Shown here piece after piece: positions 1 through 14,500 of a stretch of 64,000 bases of DNA. How positions within the stretch are numbered: the stretch's first letter is position 1; each line of letters begins with the position of its first letter. Source of the DNA: Azolla caroliniana (lineage: Eukaryota > Plantae > Polypodiophyta). The position numbers and the translations under genes are program-made. Under the pieces are notes generated by a model. That model saw only the letters and a list, made by a program, of their open reading frames with translations. It was not told the origin of the DNA and did not search any database. The stretch lies in NCBI GenBank assembly GCA_043228905.1, contig JBHGNT010000086.1, positions 1-64,000 on the forward strand. The letters are read 5' to 3'.

Positions 1-149
1 CAATAAATGTGGTATGATATGATATCATTGCAACTATTTACATCAAATGATGGCCCACTTTTTTTGCAACATGTCCTGGTAGGAATTCTTGAGACAACAC
101 AACGCAATGTAAAAAAACATTCACAAAGGTTGTGATCGTTTTCATTCCT

Positions 150-605
150 GGGGGGGGGGGGGGGGGGCAGGGAATGGAGATCAAGAGTGTGCAACGGACT
201 TGGTGCCAGGTGGGTGATGGCACAACTAGGATGGAGTCTAGCGGGGCACCTATGGTTTTGTATCGTGAACAAAGAAAATAACTAATGGAGAGTACCACTA
301 TGGAGGTGTGGGAGGAGTTGCATGTAACGAACATACTCTTTGGGGGAGGACATGTCTATGGGTAATACATATGATGAGCAAAAGAGTAGTCTACCAGGAT
401 CAAGGTCAAGCAAGAATGAGCACAGGAAGGAATGAGAGGGGGGGGGGGGGGGGGGGGGGGGGTACAAGATGAAGTATGGAGAGTGAGTACTTGTGGTGTC
501 AGTCAATATCGTGACGACAAAAGGGAAGCAATCTATGCCTAGAAGTATGTATGTATTGTTTTCTTGACTTCAAGATGTGTGTGTGTGTGGGGGGGGGGGG
601 GGGGG
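150..605 (+). repeat. Three poly-G tracts (150-167, 438-462, 589-605)
   Basis: Homopolymer G runs of about 17-25 nt read directly; the poly-Pro ORFs on the minus strand are by-products. Confidence 0.9.
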
Positions 606-3299
606 TCACGTGAACATTCTACCATGAGTAGCAAGTGGAAGCATATTCATTGTTGTTGGTAGGGCCCTTGGGGGTGCATTAAATGATCTCTTTGTTTTTC
701 TCTCTTGTGGATCACATGCTGCTATATGTAAGTGTGCCCACCATCTTCTTGTAAGAGAGAAAAGGTAGTAGGGGTAGTAGTAGTAGTAATAGTACCAATC
801 TATCCATGGATGGTGATGATGACTCATGAGGATGTGGACTTGACCACATATAAATAATTCACTACTAGATTTCAAATCAATTAATTAGTGATAAAACAAA
901 ACAAAAATCCTTGACTTATTATTGCAAATAATAAAAAAACGGCTCCTTGCACACACACACACATAATATATTATGGATATCTATGTGACTAAAATAGCTC
1001 TAAAATAAATCGATATTAAATCATGACGATGATTTGCCGAAGTTTTGGGTGATTTATTTTGATTAAAGTACATAAAAATATATATATATAATTACCAAAT
1101 TAAATAATAAACAAATAAAAAAAGAAGAGAAGAAAATCAAAAGATTTTATTACTAAAGAATCGTGACCAAAAACAGAGGAGAAACATTACATATATAAAA
1201 TCAACATATTTTTATTTTGTGAATTTTATGAGCAAATTGGATTTGAATCTTTATATATTTACTTATTTCTACTTTATTTATTTATATTAAATTCAAAGCT
1301 TTAATAAAAAAAAAGGACGTGAGATGGGGCCTTTTTTTGTTATTTCTTTTCATTTGGTATTGTCTTTTTCCAAACATTTCATTGGTATTTTTTTTAAATG
1401 GAAATTGAAATTCTATTATGTGTTATTAAACGATATGTATGTACATAGATTGAGGGGGGGGGATTTGTTTTTCCCTTAAAATGGTGAAAATGCATTATCT
1501 AAACTTTAAAGGATGGCCATTCTTAACGAGAAAATGTGAATGAACCCTTCCTCACATGGCCATTTGTGCCTTATTGTATTATTTAAAGCAAGGAGAATCC
1601 AATCAGGCCTTTTCGTGATTGCCTTTGTATCGGCAATCGGATTATATCGCTACATACTTGATTTTGTACAATTTGCGTACTTGCAGTTTCCCTCGTTTTG
1701 AAGTAAATCGACTGATACTTGATTAGAAACTACGATAACCAGCAATATAATGACAATATATACTTCTTTGGGCCAAATGCAAGTGGCATTTTCGTGGTGA
1801 AGTGACGTGGTAGTTGTTGTGATGCGGTAGCAAAGTAATAACAATTCGACAGTGTGTGCATGAACACATTAACATTCATAGATATTATTTGTGCATACAC
1901 AAGTTGGGAATGTATTGATGAATTGTGAAATAATATATAAGGCACAACGCGAAAGCGACAGGTATTAGCCGCAACAAAATTAATGATGAAATTACATATT
2001 CAACGAGGACTACATAGAAATGTCAAATATAAGTTGGCATACTCCTACTTATTGTAAGAAAGGTGGAGTTATTTGTGTATCAAAGAAAGAATTACAAACA
2101 TCTTGAAATATAAGATATACAAGAACATTTCACACCGGGCTTCTCAAATTTATGTTTTGCCTCTTTTTGTAGAGATGCAATGCAAATGAACAGTGAAAGT
2201 CTACTCAATTTTTGTGAAATTTGATTTTCACGTGAGGGCAAAACTCCCAAATATGTAGTAAAGCTCAACTAATGAATTACATTTGGTTTGGGCAAATTAA
2301 AGTTGTTGATCCAAGTATATCTCATCAAGCTCAATTGGTGAACTCCATTTGGTTTAGGCATAAAAGTTTTCCCGCTCTCAACTGCATGGAGGTCCATCGC
2401 ACACTACAAGGAAGTAGAACCCTTGGACATTTTAATGTATGTAGTAGAACGACTGTAGATACATAATATATTTCATTCTTAGCTATTTGAACCTCCGACA
2501 TTTTAGTCTTCTCATAGTGGAAACCATTATTTATAACCTATATCTAAACTAGAGGTACTTCCTACTACATATAATGTGAAGAAAAGTTCTGCAATAATGC
2601 ATTTCACTTCAGTGTTTTTTAAACACTTTATAACTTTTTACGTCAAAAGTCATGATATGGATTTGCTTGGTTCTTCTTCTTATTTGTAGCCTTTAGGCTT
2701 GGCAGTTTTTTCTATGATCGAGACCAAAGAGAGAGAGGGAGGGAGGGAGATAGAGAAAGAGGTGTCAGCAAGAGTTATTGTTATCAATATATGTGATACT
2801 TTTAGATAAGAAAATGACTGCATAGTTTATTTAGTTGAAATGACCTCTTTGGACATGTTAAAGCATATTGGTATGACATAGAATTTAGAAAAATAGTGAT
2901 GTATGGTGTTGAAATTATGTTTGTGTTGATTTGTATATATCAGCCTAATAGCTTGGGCAATAGATTCATGGCCTTGTTAAGACAACGTAAAACAACAATG
3001 ATGCCCATGTGCTTGACAAGCTTTCAATTCTTGTTTTAGTTGACAATTGTTGACATTAAATAAACATAGATGGAGCATGCACATGCATATGCACATAAAT
3101 GGATGTATGGATATGTTAATCTAGAAACGTGTTATTTTGAATATGTGAGTATTATGCTTTCTTTTCATAAAGCTAGTAATCATTGTTAACGTCAACATAA
3201 GACACATTTTAGTTGTTCGTTGTGTGGCTATTTGCCAAAGTTAACATTGTCCATATGTTTTAAGCTTCACAAATCTATTAACCTTAGCTCATGAATACA

Positions 3300-6200
3300 T
3301 GAGAAGTAACTTGGTTAGACATCATAGGTGAGAATTTGTATAGTCTCTTTTATGATGCATACAACTAATGTTCTTACATTGTGCTTTAACCTGTAATATA
3401 TTTTATGCATGGCCTCAAGTTTTCAACCCTCCTTGGTAAAAAGCGATTTATCAAGGTATAATTTAGAATCAACTTGCTCATATGCATGATCATGGACCAA
3501 GTTAGATATGCAACATGTAACAATGTCAAATAATAAGCTAGAAGCATCGTAAAATCGAATAGCTTGGATTGAAGTTTTTTCGAAGAAACATGTATAAGAG
3601 AACAAATCAATGGTAAGCCTTTGAAATCAAAAGAAAGTCGTGAAATTTGTCATGTTTGCACAACTTATAGATATTAAATTCGATATTTTTATATTTAGAG
3701 ATACATATCCTTGACAATATGTCCTTTGTTTTTAGGGTAAAGGATGGAAATGGAGGAAACAATTTTCTTCAACAACAAATATATTGGTCTTCTTCACTAA
3801 ACAACATAGTATCCTAGGTAGTAGGATGGCAGAGCTCGAGAGAATGGGCACAACTTATTGTGGACTCTTTATTGGAATTCATATTTGCATTCCTTACATG
3901 AGCAATTCCTTTACTTTTTATCCGAAACCCACATAAAAAGAAATTACATCCATAAAATAAACTAAAAAACTAGCTAATCGGCTTTTGGTTCACGATGACC
4001 AATAGGCACATATAAGACATACAAAAAAATGTTGGAATCTGCAAAGATTATAAACTCAACGAATGCGTACACCATCTTTAGCATGATATGCAAGTTTGGT
4101 CCACAAAGCATGACGATTATTTGCGTGTTTTAAAATGTTGTAGGAACATAAACAGGTGTGGACAAATATAAGTTTGAATCTTGCAAAATGTTTGTAATAA
4201 AGGGTTTAAAACAACTTTGTACCATTTTGTAGTATAAACAGGACTTAAAATAAAGTTGAACAATGTAATTTTAAAATGCTAAAGAGGAATGTTTCGATAA
4301 GTGTAGAAAAGAAACATTCACATTTATGCAATTGTTGATCTCGACTTTCAAATTCAAACTCTAAAAGCAATATGCTTGTTCTCTTGGGATTAACTCTTGT
4401 TTCATATAATGCGATGAAATCAAAGGATATAGTATCAAAACATGCGTTTCTTCTTTTGCTTTATGCATATAAACATCAACCTATGTAAGTCACTTGATGC
4501 TCAAATGACTTCTTTTACGCATGTTACTTATGATGAACATGCATGGGGCATATGATTACAACATAAGCATTTTGGATGATCATTATGTCTTACATGCATA
4601 AATGATTGATTATCCATTTGGATAAAAGGTCTCATTTGGAGAGGCAATCAACTGAAGAGAAATTCCCTCACAAATGGGGAGTGCATTTCAAGTCAAATGC
4701 AAATTCTCTTTATTTCTTTCTCATTTTTCCTAGTTTCCCTTGCCAGTATCCACTTGCTTTTGAGTAAGGAATTATGGCCGCTTGCAAGGAACAATGAAGA
4801 TACAACATGGATTTATCCCCAATCGTTCTTCTTTGGTTCCTCACATGTATATTAGTATCCCACTGGGGCAATTGTTTGTGTTCTCCCATGCAAAAGTAAA
4901 AAGTTACTATGGTAAGATAAAACGAAATCGTTATCTTCGTTTTATTTCTGAACATAGAGTTGACTAAATTGTTGATATCATTGTTTGAGATCATTATCAA
5001 CATAATACTAACCACATGTGACTTTTTTAGTAAGATATCAAGTGAAGACCATGAACAAATAATTCTCATTCTTGTTACTCTAGCAAGCAAGAAGAGAAAC
5101 ACATTCAATGGATGTCAATAAGAGAAAATAGATGCAATGAATCATGCGATAATGTTTCGAATTATTTTGATATAGTAGTGCATAGAACAATACCTATTTT
5201 ATTGTATTCCTATGAAAATCATAGTCCATCAATGTCAATATATAAAACCCAATGAAAGCATTTTGTGTTTGTTTGATATTTTCGCATTGGATTCACAGTT
5301 GCAGTAAGGACTTTATACATAATGCACGAGATTAATTGCTATGATAGATTCAACCATTTCATAGCAACAAATTAGCAAAAGAGAGTTTCTCTCTTGTCGT
5401 AGGCTTGTTAATGCATGTTGGATCTTAAATTGAAAATCATATATACAATGGCAATTTGCATTTGGAAACAATTGATGATTCACCAATAACAAAGTGTTTG
5501 ACTTTTTGTTCACAACTATTCGGAGCCAAAGGACTGGTTTGTGAAAACCCAAATTATAGCCTACTATTATTGAATGTAAACATGATAAGGAGGCACGTTA
5601 GGATCTAAACCAAGAATTGATACTTCCATAAAAATGAAATAACTTTGAGCAATATATTATCTTGTATATGCTTTAACAATCCTCCTTTGTGTGTCAACAA
5701 CATTGAAACCATTATTTGTAAAGTCCAATTAAACCAATACCATGGGCAATTAAAAGCATCAATGATCGCGTCACTTTAATTCTTCAACCACACTTAGATA
5801 TCTTCCATAAAGTGTCCTCACTTCTCAATTTTGTTAATAGTTTATGTCAACAGATTAATGTATGAATAAAACTTCAAGGGAATGACACCAAAATAGATAC
5901 TCGATGTAGTTATGTTTTTTCTTTTCATATTTGATGTCAAACTCGGATGATTTCCTCATGTGGAAATTATTTGATACAAAATATCCTAATGACATTAAGT
6001 GTTTTTTTTTTTTCACAAAGGTTTAGAATCAAAGTAGATTCATTGATACAAAGAAAAATCCAAAGGCATTGAAGAATAATAACACTTAATATGACTATAA
6101 GTTTTCCTCTACTGACTCGAGACCTTGATGAATAGAGAGACAATACGTCGAAGCATTATAGTTATCAGGTTATTCATAGGCCAAGTTGAAGTATGAAACT
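3300..6200 (+). mobile_element. Possible highly decayed DNA-transposon (CACTA/En-Spm-like) transposase relic
   Basis: No ORF; only scattered fragments weakly resembling Transposase_21/DUF4218-type peptides. Boundaries approximate. Confidence 0.25.
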
Positions 6201-6960
6201 CCTTGAAACCTTGTTTTATTAGGGTTTTTGTAGGTGAAGTGTGTATACAAGTTGAAACAACATGCAGTGTTGGGCATCATCGTATACTAGCATTTTGTGA
6301 GACTTAATACATATGAAAGCGCACCCGTCTTGCAAAGATGCTTGCTTGCTTGCGATCCAAACCCCCGGCCGAAGATTATGAAAAACTATTGTGCATCCCC
6401 GAAACATGTTTGGGGCTAGGGCATAAAACATCATATCATGTATACATTTCTCGTCGATGTATTAAACCAGAATTCCGTGAGATTTATGGTACACAAATGC
6501 TGTGCTCCGCCCCGTGTCGTTCAAAAAAGAGAAGGAAAAAAAAGATGGCGAGGAGACAAGACGAGACAAAGGGAGGTGAATAGGGGGGTTTTAGATTGAT
6601 TTCAAAAAATTGAAGTAGAAGGAGAAGAAGGAATGTTGGTTTGTTTCACGTGCAGTTGATTCAAATATATATATATATATATATATTTCTGAGAAAATAA
6701 AGAGTCACTTTTGGAAGAAGAAATACAAGAAAGAAGGATTAGGTCAAAAAAAAGCAAACAGCATCAGATGAATAAAAAGCTAATTTATTTACATAATGTA
6801 TGTATGTACAAATTTGATTGCATTTTTATTTTATTTTATTGCTTTTTTGTTTTTGCTTTTCTATTGTGTTTGTGCGTGCTCTTATTATTATTATAATTTG
6901 ACTCATAAAATTTGTTATTTCATTTATACATACATATTTTATATATATATATATATATAT

Positions 6961-7060
6961 ATGCATATAATTGTATTTGATCTAAAACACAGAGAGAGAA
7001 ACAGAGTACTCTGTTCTTCTTCTTCTTCTTCTTCTTCTATTTATCATTTCATTTATATGC

Positions 7061-7092
<32 letters not shown>

Positions 7093-7240
7093 TTGATCTA
7101 AAACAGAGAGAGAAACAGAGTAACTCTGTTCTTCTTCTTCTATTTATCATTTCATTTATATATGTACATATATACATACATATATAATTGTATTTGATCT
7201 AAAACACAGAGAGAGAAACAGAGTACTCTGTTCTTCTTCA
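6961..7240 (+). repeat. Three tandem units just upstream of gene 1, each with palindrome AACAGAGTACTCTGTT plus variable (TA)n/(TCT)n
   Basis: Unit tgtatttgatctaaaac(ac)agagagagaaacagagtactctgttcttc repeated; palindromes at 7000-7015, 7114-7130 (1-nt insertion) and 7217-7232. Confidence 0.85.
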
Positions 7241-7330
7241 TCTTCTAACTTTAGAGAAACACTCCTCTTCCTCACTTCTCTGCTCTTTTTTTCCTTCCTT
7301 CCTTCTTCCTCTTCACAGACACACACATAT

Positions 7331-7672
7331 ATGACCACTAAATTCAGCCTGCCTCCTCAGAAGCCATCCATGTCTTCTGCTTCTTCTTCTTCTGCTTCTT
7401 CTTCTGCTTCTTCTCCTTCTACCACTACTACTACTACTACTACTAGATTTGTGGTACCCACCCCCAAGTCTGGAGCGCAGAGGAGGCGTCGTAGAGCCTT
7501 CCGAATGTCTCGAGAGAGCGAAATACCTTCGCTAAAGACCTCCCGCTTCTCCCGTCTCTCCTCCTTCGCCTCTGCAGGCATCCTTCCATCTCAGACAGCC
7601 GCCAGATTTTCTCACTCTCACTCTCATGAACTTAACCACTCCATAATCGCTCTTCTCCAACCAATGCCTCAT

Positions 7673-7704
<32 letters not shown>

Positions 7705-9760
7705 CTCTTCTTCTTCATTGAGCGAGGTCAGTGGAGGAGATGGAGATGTTAGCGATGTGGGTAACAGAAGAAGAAGAAGAAGACCCCATCTTTTTGAGTT
7801 AAGGAATTGGATTCGGAATTACAATGTAGCAGAAGAAGCAGAAGCAGAAGAAGATGATGATTCATCTTCATCTCCATCATCATCATCTTCTTCTTCGTCT
7901 TCATCAGATTCTTCATCATCATCTTCATCTTCTCCTGCTTCTTCTTCTTCTCAAATTCATGATGGCGATGGTGTATGGGAGCTTGAAGCTCAAATTCTCA
8001 ATGAAGAATGCAAACTACTGAGAGTGGAGAATGATCTGGCCTTGCTAAGGTGGAGGAATGGCCTCTCAAGTGTGAAACCGGACAACCCAAGTCCCAATGA
8101 TGCGCAGGTATGCCCAAATTTGTGTTTTACTACATCTGTTTATATGAGTGAATTGCAGGGTTTGTGTTGAATGATCAAAATTTGTGACAAATTTGTGGGT
8201 ACTTTTTTGGTTATGAAACTCAGATAGCAGAGCTTCCACACCCTTGTGTTGGTGATGATGACAATGGCGTAGAATCGATCCGGAGAGAGTATCGGTCCAT
8301 GCTTAGCGGCCCCGACACTTTCGTGTCCGGACACGATACTCCACCTCGGGTAGGAAAACAACCCTAATTTCATATTACCCACCAACAAATCAATCATCTT
8401 TTGATGACATTTTATTGCACACTAATCTATCTATCTTTCTTTCAATGACACATTCAATCTTTCTTTGAAATGGCCTTTCTTTTTTATGTTTTTGTTTTAA
8501 GACATTGGCCGAAGAAGAGATGTCGTGCAAGGCGGTGATTCGGCGGATGGTAGACCAAATGCAAGCCGAGGCGGAGCAATGGTCTCAAGTCCAAAGCGTG
8601 TTGCGTGACGTACATGAGGAGATGGAGAGCTTACACGAAGCTCGTATCGCGTGGGAAGCACGAGCGATCCGAGCCGAATCCCGCCTCTCCTCTCTCAAGG
8701 ATTCCGTAAGAATACCCCCTTCTCCCCCTTAAAGAAAAAAACATGTCACAATCTATCGGCATTCTGATCAATTTGCCGAGGAATTTGTATTCCTTGTATT
8801 TGGCATGGATCGATGAAATGGTGTTTTACTAAATCTTGGGCATTTTGCTTCATTTTTTTTTAATATAAGGTATACGAGTGGCGATGTAGGGCCCGAAATG
8901 CCGAGGAACGTGTGTCGGTGCTCGAGTCGGAACGAGAGGTGATGAGGAGAAAGCTCCGGGTCATGAAGCATAGGCATGCGTCCGAACGGACCGGATGGTT
9001 AGAAGTCATCGAGAAGATGAAGGAGGGCTTGGTCCCGGAGTCTTCCCCGCCTGAATCGTTTGCCGGAGCCCGAAACCTGAGCCGTTGTGTCGTTGTGGCC
9101 GAGACAGACGAGGAGAAGCCGAGGCCCGCGAGCGTGGGAACCCGAGAGGATTATGCGTTGTGCGAGTCGATCGCCCATAGCCGCAACGAAAGCACTAGGA
9201 GCAGCCTCGACTTTGGGGGGCCGGGATCATCATCTCAAAGAAGCCTCCACAAGGTGATGAAGAGGTCCTTCGATTTCGATGGGAATAGCACGAGTAGCTG
9301 CCGATCAGTGGGTGGTCGGGTCCCGCGGGGTGGCCCGAGCCACCACCACCACCCGAGGCTCGGCGACCACTTGGACTTCTGCAGCCGGTCAAGCGATGTG
9401 AATGTGAATCCGATGCCGAGGGTGCAACTCACGCGCCTAGAGATGATTGAGCCAGTGTTTGCGAGCAAGGACACGGCAAGGAATGTCTCGAAGAATGTGG
9501 CCAAGGATGGATCGAGGTATACGAGGCTTGTGGCCGGGAGGGAGAACATGGTATCGGGGTACCCCGCAGACATGTGTGTGCTCGTAGATGCCGCCCATCC
9601 ACAAGGCCTTGTGGGATCAAGCAATTCTTGCCAAGAGAAGAAGAAGGGCAATGGATCCGACGACCCGTTGAGGCCCAAGTCGGTTCTCGCGCCTAGAGCC
9701 CCTTTCGGTGAGATTATCAACAACTCAATGCATCGTGCGCCGAAGAATCGATCGTTCTAA
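7331..9760 (+). CDS. Uncharacterised plant coiled-coil protein with Ser-rich N-terminus, about 665 aa, 4 exons (7331-8107, 8224-8349, 8502-8705, 8870-9760)
   Basis: GT-AG junctions, all phase 0, join the ORFs in frame. Heptad-like segment SCKAVIRRMVDQMQAEAEQWSQVQSVLRDVHEEMESL...WEARA recalls an uncharacterised plant coiled-coil family. Start codon and exon 2 are less certain. Confidence 0.75.
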
Positions 9761-11200
9761 AAAGTGTTCCCGATGAATCGATCGATCGCCCATTCGCAAA
9801 CAATCGTTCATATCTTGTGATGTAATAATGAGTGTTGGGTAAAAAGAAACAAAATTTGATGTGTCCATATATAAAATGTTACTTCCAAAGTTCCTCAAAT
9901 CAGGTTGTTTTCCATTTGATTGATTTTTACTATATTGTTGTTTGTTGAGAGAGATGGTTGCAAAAGGTTTGTAAAGTTCTGGTCTGTATCTCATTAATAA
10001 AGAAACAAAAAAAGCATATATAAAAAATGGTGATGCCTCAATAAGTAATCCAAATTCCTTATGCAATTTCTGATCCTGATGTTGCCATCATCCACGCCCA
10101 ATGCGAAAACTCGTAAACTTTAAAATCCAAAGGTTAGTAGTCGATCAATGTAGTTCCTTTTCGCATAGTTTTGAATCTCAAAACTCAACTGTAGCCGACA
10201 AATGACAATGATCACGACATGAAATTAAAATCATCGGTTTTGTCGGATTATATAGTAAGATCAGAATATAACAATTGAATTAATGCTTTTTTTTTGGGTT
10301 TGGTTTGGGGTTTTTACTTTATACATTGAAGGTGTAAGAAAACATTCAATGGTTCATGTATTCTTAGGAAGGAAGTGCTAGTGTGTAATGAATTATCTTT
10401 AAGTAGAGTAAGTCATTAATGAACTATACTATATGTAGGGATGCATTATTATTAAGAGAATTGGCAAAGCAAATACACAGCCCCAAGCAAGAAAACAAAC
10501 AAGAAAAAGCCAAAAAGCACCAAAAAGCAAAGTCACAAGGGAATATAAGGGTTTATTTGTGTGTTGCTTTTTTTTTTCGGGTTTCAAAAGTAAAAGAGAG
10601 GTAAAAGGAAAAAGACTACATTAAATGTTGCTGATTCCCAATGTTGGTTTAAAAAATAAAAGGAAATGTTTTGGACTTGTGTGTTTGTGTGTGTGTATAT
10701 ATGTATAGATACTATGTATATATATCTTATAGAAAATGTGAAGAAAACAAAAAAGACTATGATCACTTGTGACTTTTGAGTACCATCTCAGATCCTCATC
10801 ATATACATATATGATTATATCAAGTTACCACGCTACACATATACACACGCTCTCCATCCTCCCACCCTCACATGCTCACAAAAGAATGGTCCGGACTTTG
10901 GCACTCCTCTTACTTGTAGGCAAGCTCCCATTGGAATCCCGTTGTCGCCTTGCTAGAGGCACATGGAGTCAACCGCTCCTAAATTACGTATTCTCCATTT
11001 ATATATACGCTATAATTTGTTGCAACATTCCTCCCAATCTCGAAAACCTCCAGACCACTTGCCGAATGAAGTCCCGATGCTTGTTTGCGAAATGCATGAA
11101 CGGTCAAGTTGTAAAAGCAATTTCATGGTCGTGCTAAGTGTTGCTCGAAGATTGAATCATTGGTGGGATATTTGCTGCCCCCATGAAAGGGTTGTTTGGT

Positions 11201-11537
11201 TTCTTAAGGAGTCTATAAGCTCGTTGACTGTCAAAAACATTTGTCTAGTTTTGGAGTTGGATGAATTTTGGGGTGGGTGAGGTGGCACACCCACTTTAAG
11301 TTGATAGACTTGGCGGAAGTTTCTTGCCAAGGAGTCTATAAGCTCGTTGGTTGACAAAAACATTTGTCTAATTTTTTAGTTGGATGAATTTTGGGGTGGG
11401 TGAGGTTGATAGACTCTGAGGAAGTTTCTTAAGGAGTCAATAAGCTTGTTGATTGACAAAAACATTTGTCTAATTTTTGAGTTGGATGAAATTTGGAGTG
11501 GGTGAGGTGGTGCACCCACTTTATCAAGGTGATAGAC
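11201..11537 (+). repeat. Tandem repeat, 3 units of about 105-120 bp
   Basis: aaggagtctataagctcgttg...caaaaacatttgtcta...gttggatgaattttggggtgggtgagg occurs three times. Confidence 0.85.
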
Positions 11538-14500
11538 GAATGCCTCTTCACTCACCCCAACACGAAAAAACAAAACAAAAAACTGGAAATGTGCCTAGTC
11601 CTTCTAGGCTCCTCCTGATCATTGGATAGTTTTTCATCTTTCCTTTGGGTAAAAGAAAAACATATATGTTTCGACGATGAGTTTTGCGATGAGATTTGTG
11701 CAATGCGAAGCCATACTTCTTGAGTAGGAGGAAACGTGTTGGAAAAAGTGATAGTTGTAAAAGCCCAGCCCAAACTTTTAGTAGGAACAATGTTTTTATA
11801 GAGAGCCATAATTGGTTTTGGAGAAACGGTTTACTTTGCATGATCTAAAGCTTAAAAGAAAGCGGCAACAATATTTCTGTCTTTAGGAAAATTCCCTCCC
11901 AACCCCAAAATTTGTTATTTTATTTGATTATTTTATTAGGGCTAGGAACTTGGTCTTGGTTTTTATGGAGACAAGAAAAGGGTAGCATATGTGAGGAGAG
12001 AAGTTAAGGTTAATTGTGATATTTCATGATTACTGAATTCTAAAAATAGCAAGGTTTTATGATGCCATTAGGCAATTGACTTACTTTTTTGACATTTTGT
12101 GGTAGTGTGCTTGATGCAACATGAACAAATTCTCTTGGATCCAACAATTTTTACGCAAACTATGCCGAGAGGTACTAGTGGACTTGTGATCAATCCTTGT
12201 ATTTTTGCAAACATTTAGCATGAACAACATGCATAGCACACAATGCTTGTTTAAAATGCAATCTTTCATATCACAATTCACAACAATTTTACAATGTCAT
12301 GATGTCAAGCCCCACTATTCTATTTTTGTGTTCATGTATATCTTCTACTTGAATCGTAAGTTTAAATTGCTAACAATCATTCAAACTCTAAGCCATATAT
12401 TGGAACTTCAACTCTCGCCTTTGCCTTGAATGGCAATCAACTCCAAGTTCCACGATTTGTTAATTTGCCATCACCTAAGGGCATGCTTGAATTAGAATAT
12501 TTTACGAATAATCTTTCACATTAGGTCGAACATTAGCTATAGTTCATGCCAATCTCAAGAAGGTTAACAATAAACAACCGTAATGGTGGGCATTGCATGC
12601 GACCTTCTGAAAGCGTAGATTGGAACATAACACATTGAGCTTGCCATGGACATGTCACAAGTGATACCCTATACTCACTTGCTTCTCAAGGTTTTAACAA
12701 AGAGGAGTCAAGGCTAATGTCTAGACACATTTTGGAAAATGCTTTAACTTTTGTGATGGGATGAGAAAATGTGGTATTTCTAGTTTAACAAGTCACATGG
12801 AACCAATTGAGCTTGAGAACTTGACATATCATCTTGACTTCTTTACATATAGAGTGAGGTAGAAATGTACAATCCCACTTTCCATGTGCAAGGAATAAAA
12901 TCTTCGCATATGAGTTTGCCTGACCAAGGGTTTGTCATATTTAATTGTCCCAACTAATCACTAACACATTTGAATGTGTATGTATTATTATTTCGAGTGT
13001 GGATATGCCATTCTTTCCTGCTTCTTGTTCCAAATTCAAAAGTAAACTTTGATCTTGAAGATCTTAGCAAAAATAGTTGCAAATATCACTCGTGGATTCC
13101 CAAGTAAGCTCATTAAATGGAGTTGAGAGTTATTCTTCACCTTTTGCTTTCAGAAAACAATGCACACAATTCTTTTACAAAGCAATACATACAAGTGAAT
13201 ACATATGTGGTTTGTTGCTTCAACTTTACAGTGTTGATCACATGAGTTGCTTGGCCGTACATAAAATGGTAGTCATGGTTTTCTGCCCTTTCAAGCTATT
13301 CACACAGTTGAATCCTCACAACATGATGTCTTTTGTCCACGATGTTTTCTATGAAACTCACATAATATGTATGCAATGTGCATACGGATGGTTCTTATTG
13401 TGTATTTCACCTCAAACTATTGCAATTAGTTAAATATTTTTTTGTTATATGTGCCATTCCCTAGTAACCATGGTATTTATGATGCACACATAATGATATA
13501 CATGTATCGGGTTTTGTGAGTGAAGTTCGAAGGGACTTCATTGCATCCTATGACATTTCATCATTTCCAACATAATGATCCTTGTTAAATCCATTCCATG
13601 ACTCATAACCCTTGTAATTACAACCATTTAAGTAATTAGAGTTATATAACTCATTTCCTAGTATTGGATGAAGATTTTGTGACCACACTACAAATTTGCT
13701 ACAACATACTAACATTGAGACACACAATCCAATGAATTATGTTGTGCTATATGCTTGAAGGGTTGTGATTCTAAGTGAAGTTCATAATTCGTGTGAATTT
13801 CTACAAAGAATGAGTATCCGAGCTTGTAACAGACAACAATTTTATTTGTGTTTGATATTTGAAGGGTTGTGATTTTGAGTGACGCTCATGATTACTGTAA
13901 ATCTCTAATAAGAACAATATCTAAACTTGTAATTAACAATCATTTGATGCGTTACAGAAAGCGGGGTGGCAATACACTTGACACATTTGCTAAAAGTTGA
14001 GTATGATGAATTCCTAGAAAACTTTGAGCATGACAACTTTAATAGTGTGGAGCATGTGGTTTGTACTTAGAAAGAACGACCCTTGACAATAGAGAATATC
14101 TAGTTTTTTGTATTGTTGAGTTCTTACAATGTTTGATAGATGCCCTTGACTAGATTTTGAGTCAAATGCTTAGTGTTACGCATTTTGAAGCAACATCGCT
14201 CTCGATCTAATTAAATTTATGGTAGATCGCGCATTTATCAGTCCACTTTCATCAACTTAATAATTTCAAACAAATTATATGTTGGTGTTCATCCATGCGT
14301 ACATGTTTCAACTGACATATTAATTGAAGTAAGTGAAGATCATGAGCTTCATGAACCAGAAAATAAAATATTGATATGATCAAATAAGTGAATGTTACGG
14401 TTATTTGATCGTCTCAATGCAAATGGTTACTGTTCATCAACCACACTTTTTTGATGTATAGATGCCTTTGAAGAAAAACATCATGAAACTTTAACTTTAC

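Noticed and set aside
150-605. Functional G-quadruplex cluster
   Set aside because: Simple homopolymers with no context or conservation evidence; lengths are prone to sequencing error.
2402-2519. Tiny CACTA element (CACTACAAG...CATAGTG)
   Set aside because: The TIR match is short and the 3-bp flanks differ (GCA/GAA).
9235-9723. Antisense 162-aa gene
   Set aside because: Shadow ORF of the GC-rich exon 4 of gene 1.
11201-11537. CRISPR-like array
   Set aside because: Whole units repeat with no unique spacers, in a eukaryotic context with no cas genes.
12000-13450. hAT/MULE transposase relic, also at 44950-46100 and 62170-63400
   Set aside because: Only vague Cys/His or Trp patterns; no motif I can defend.
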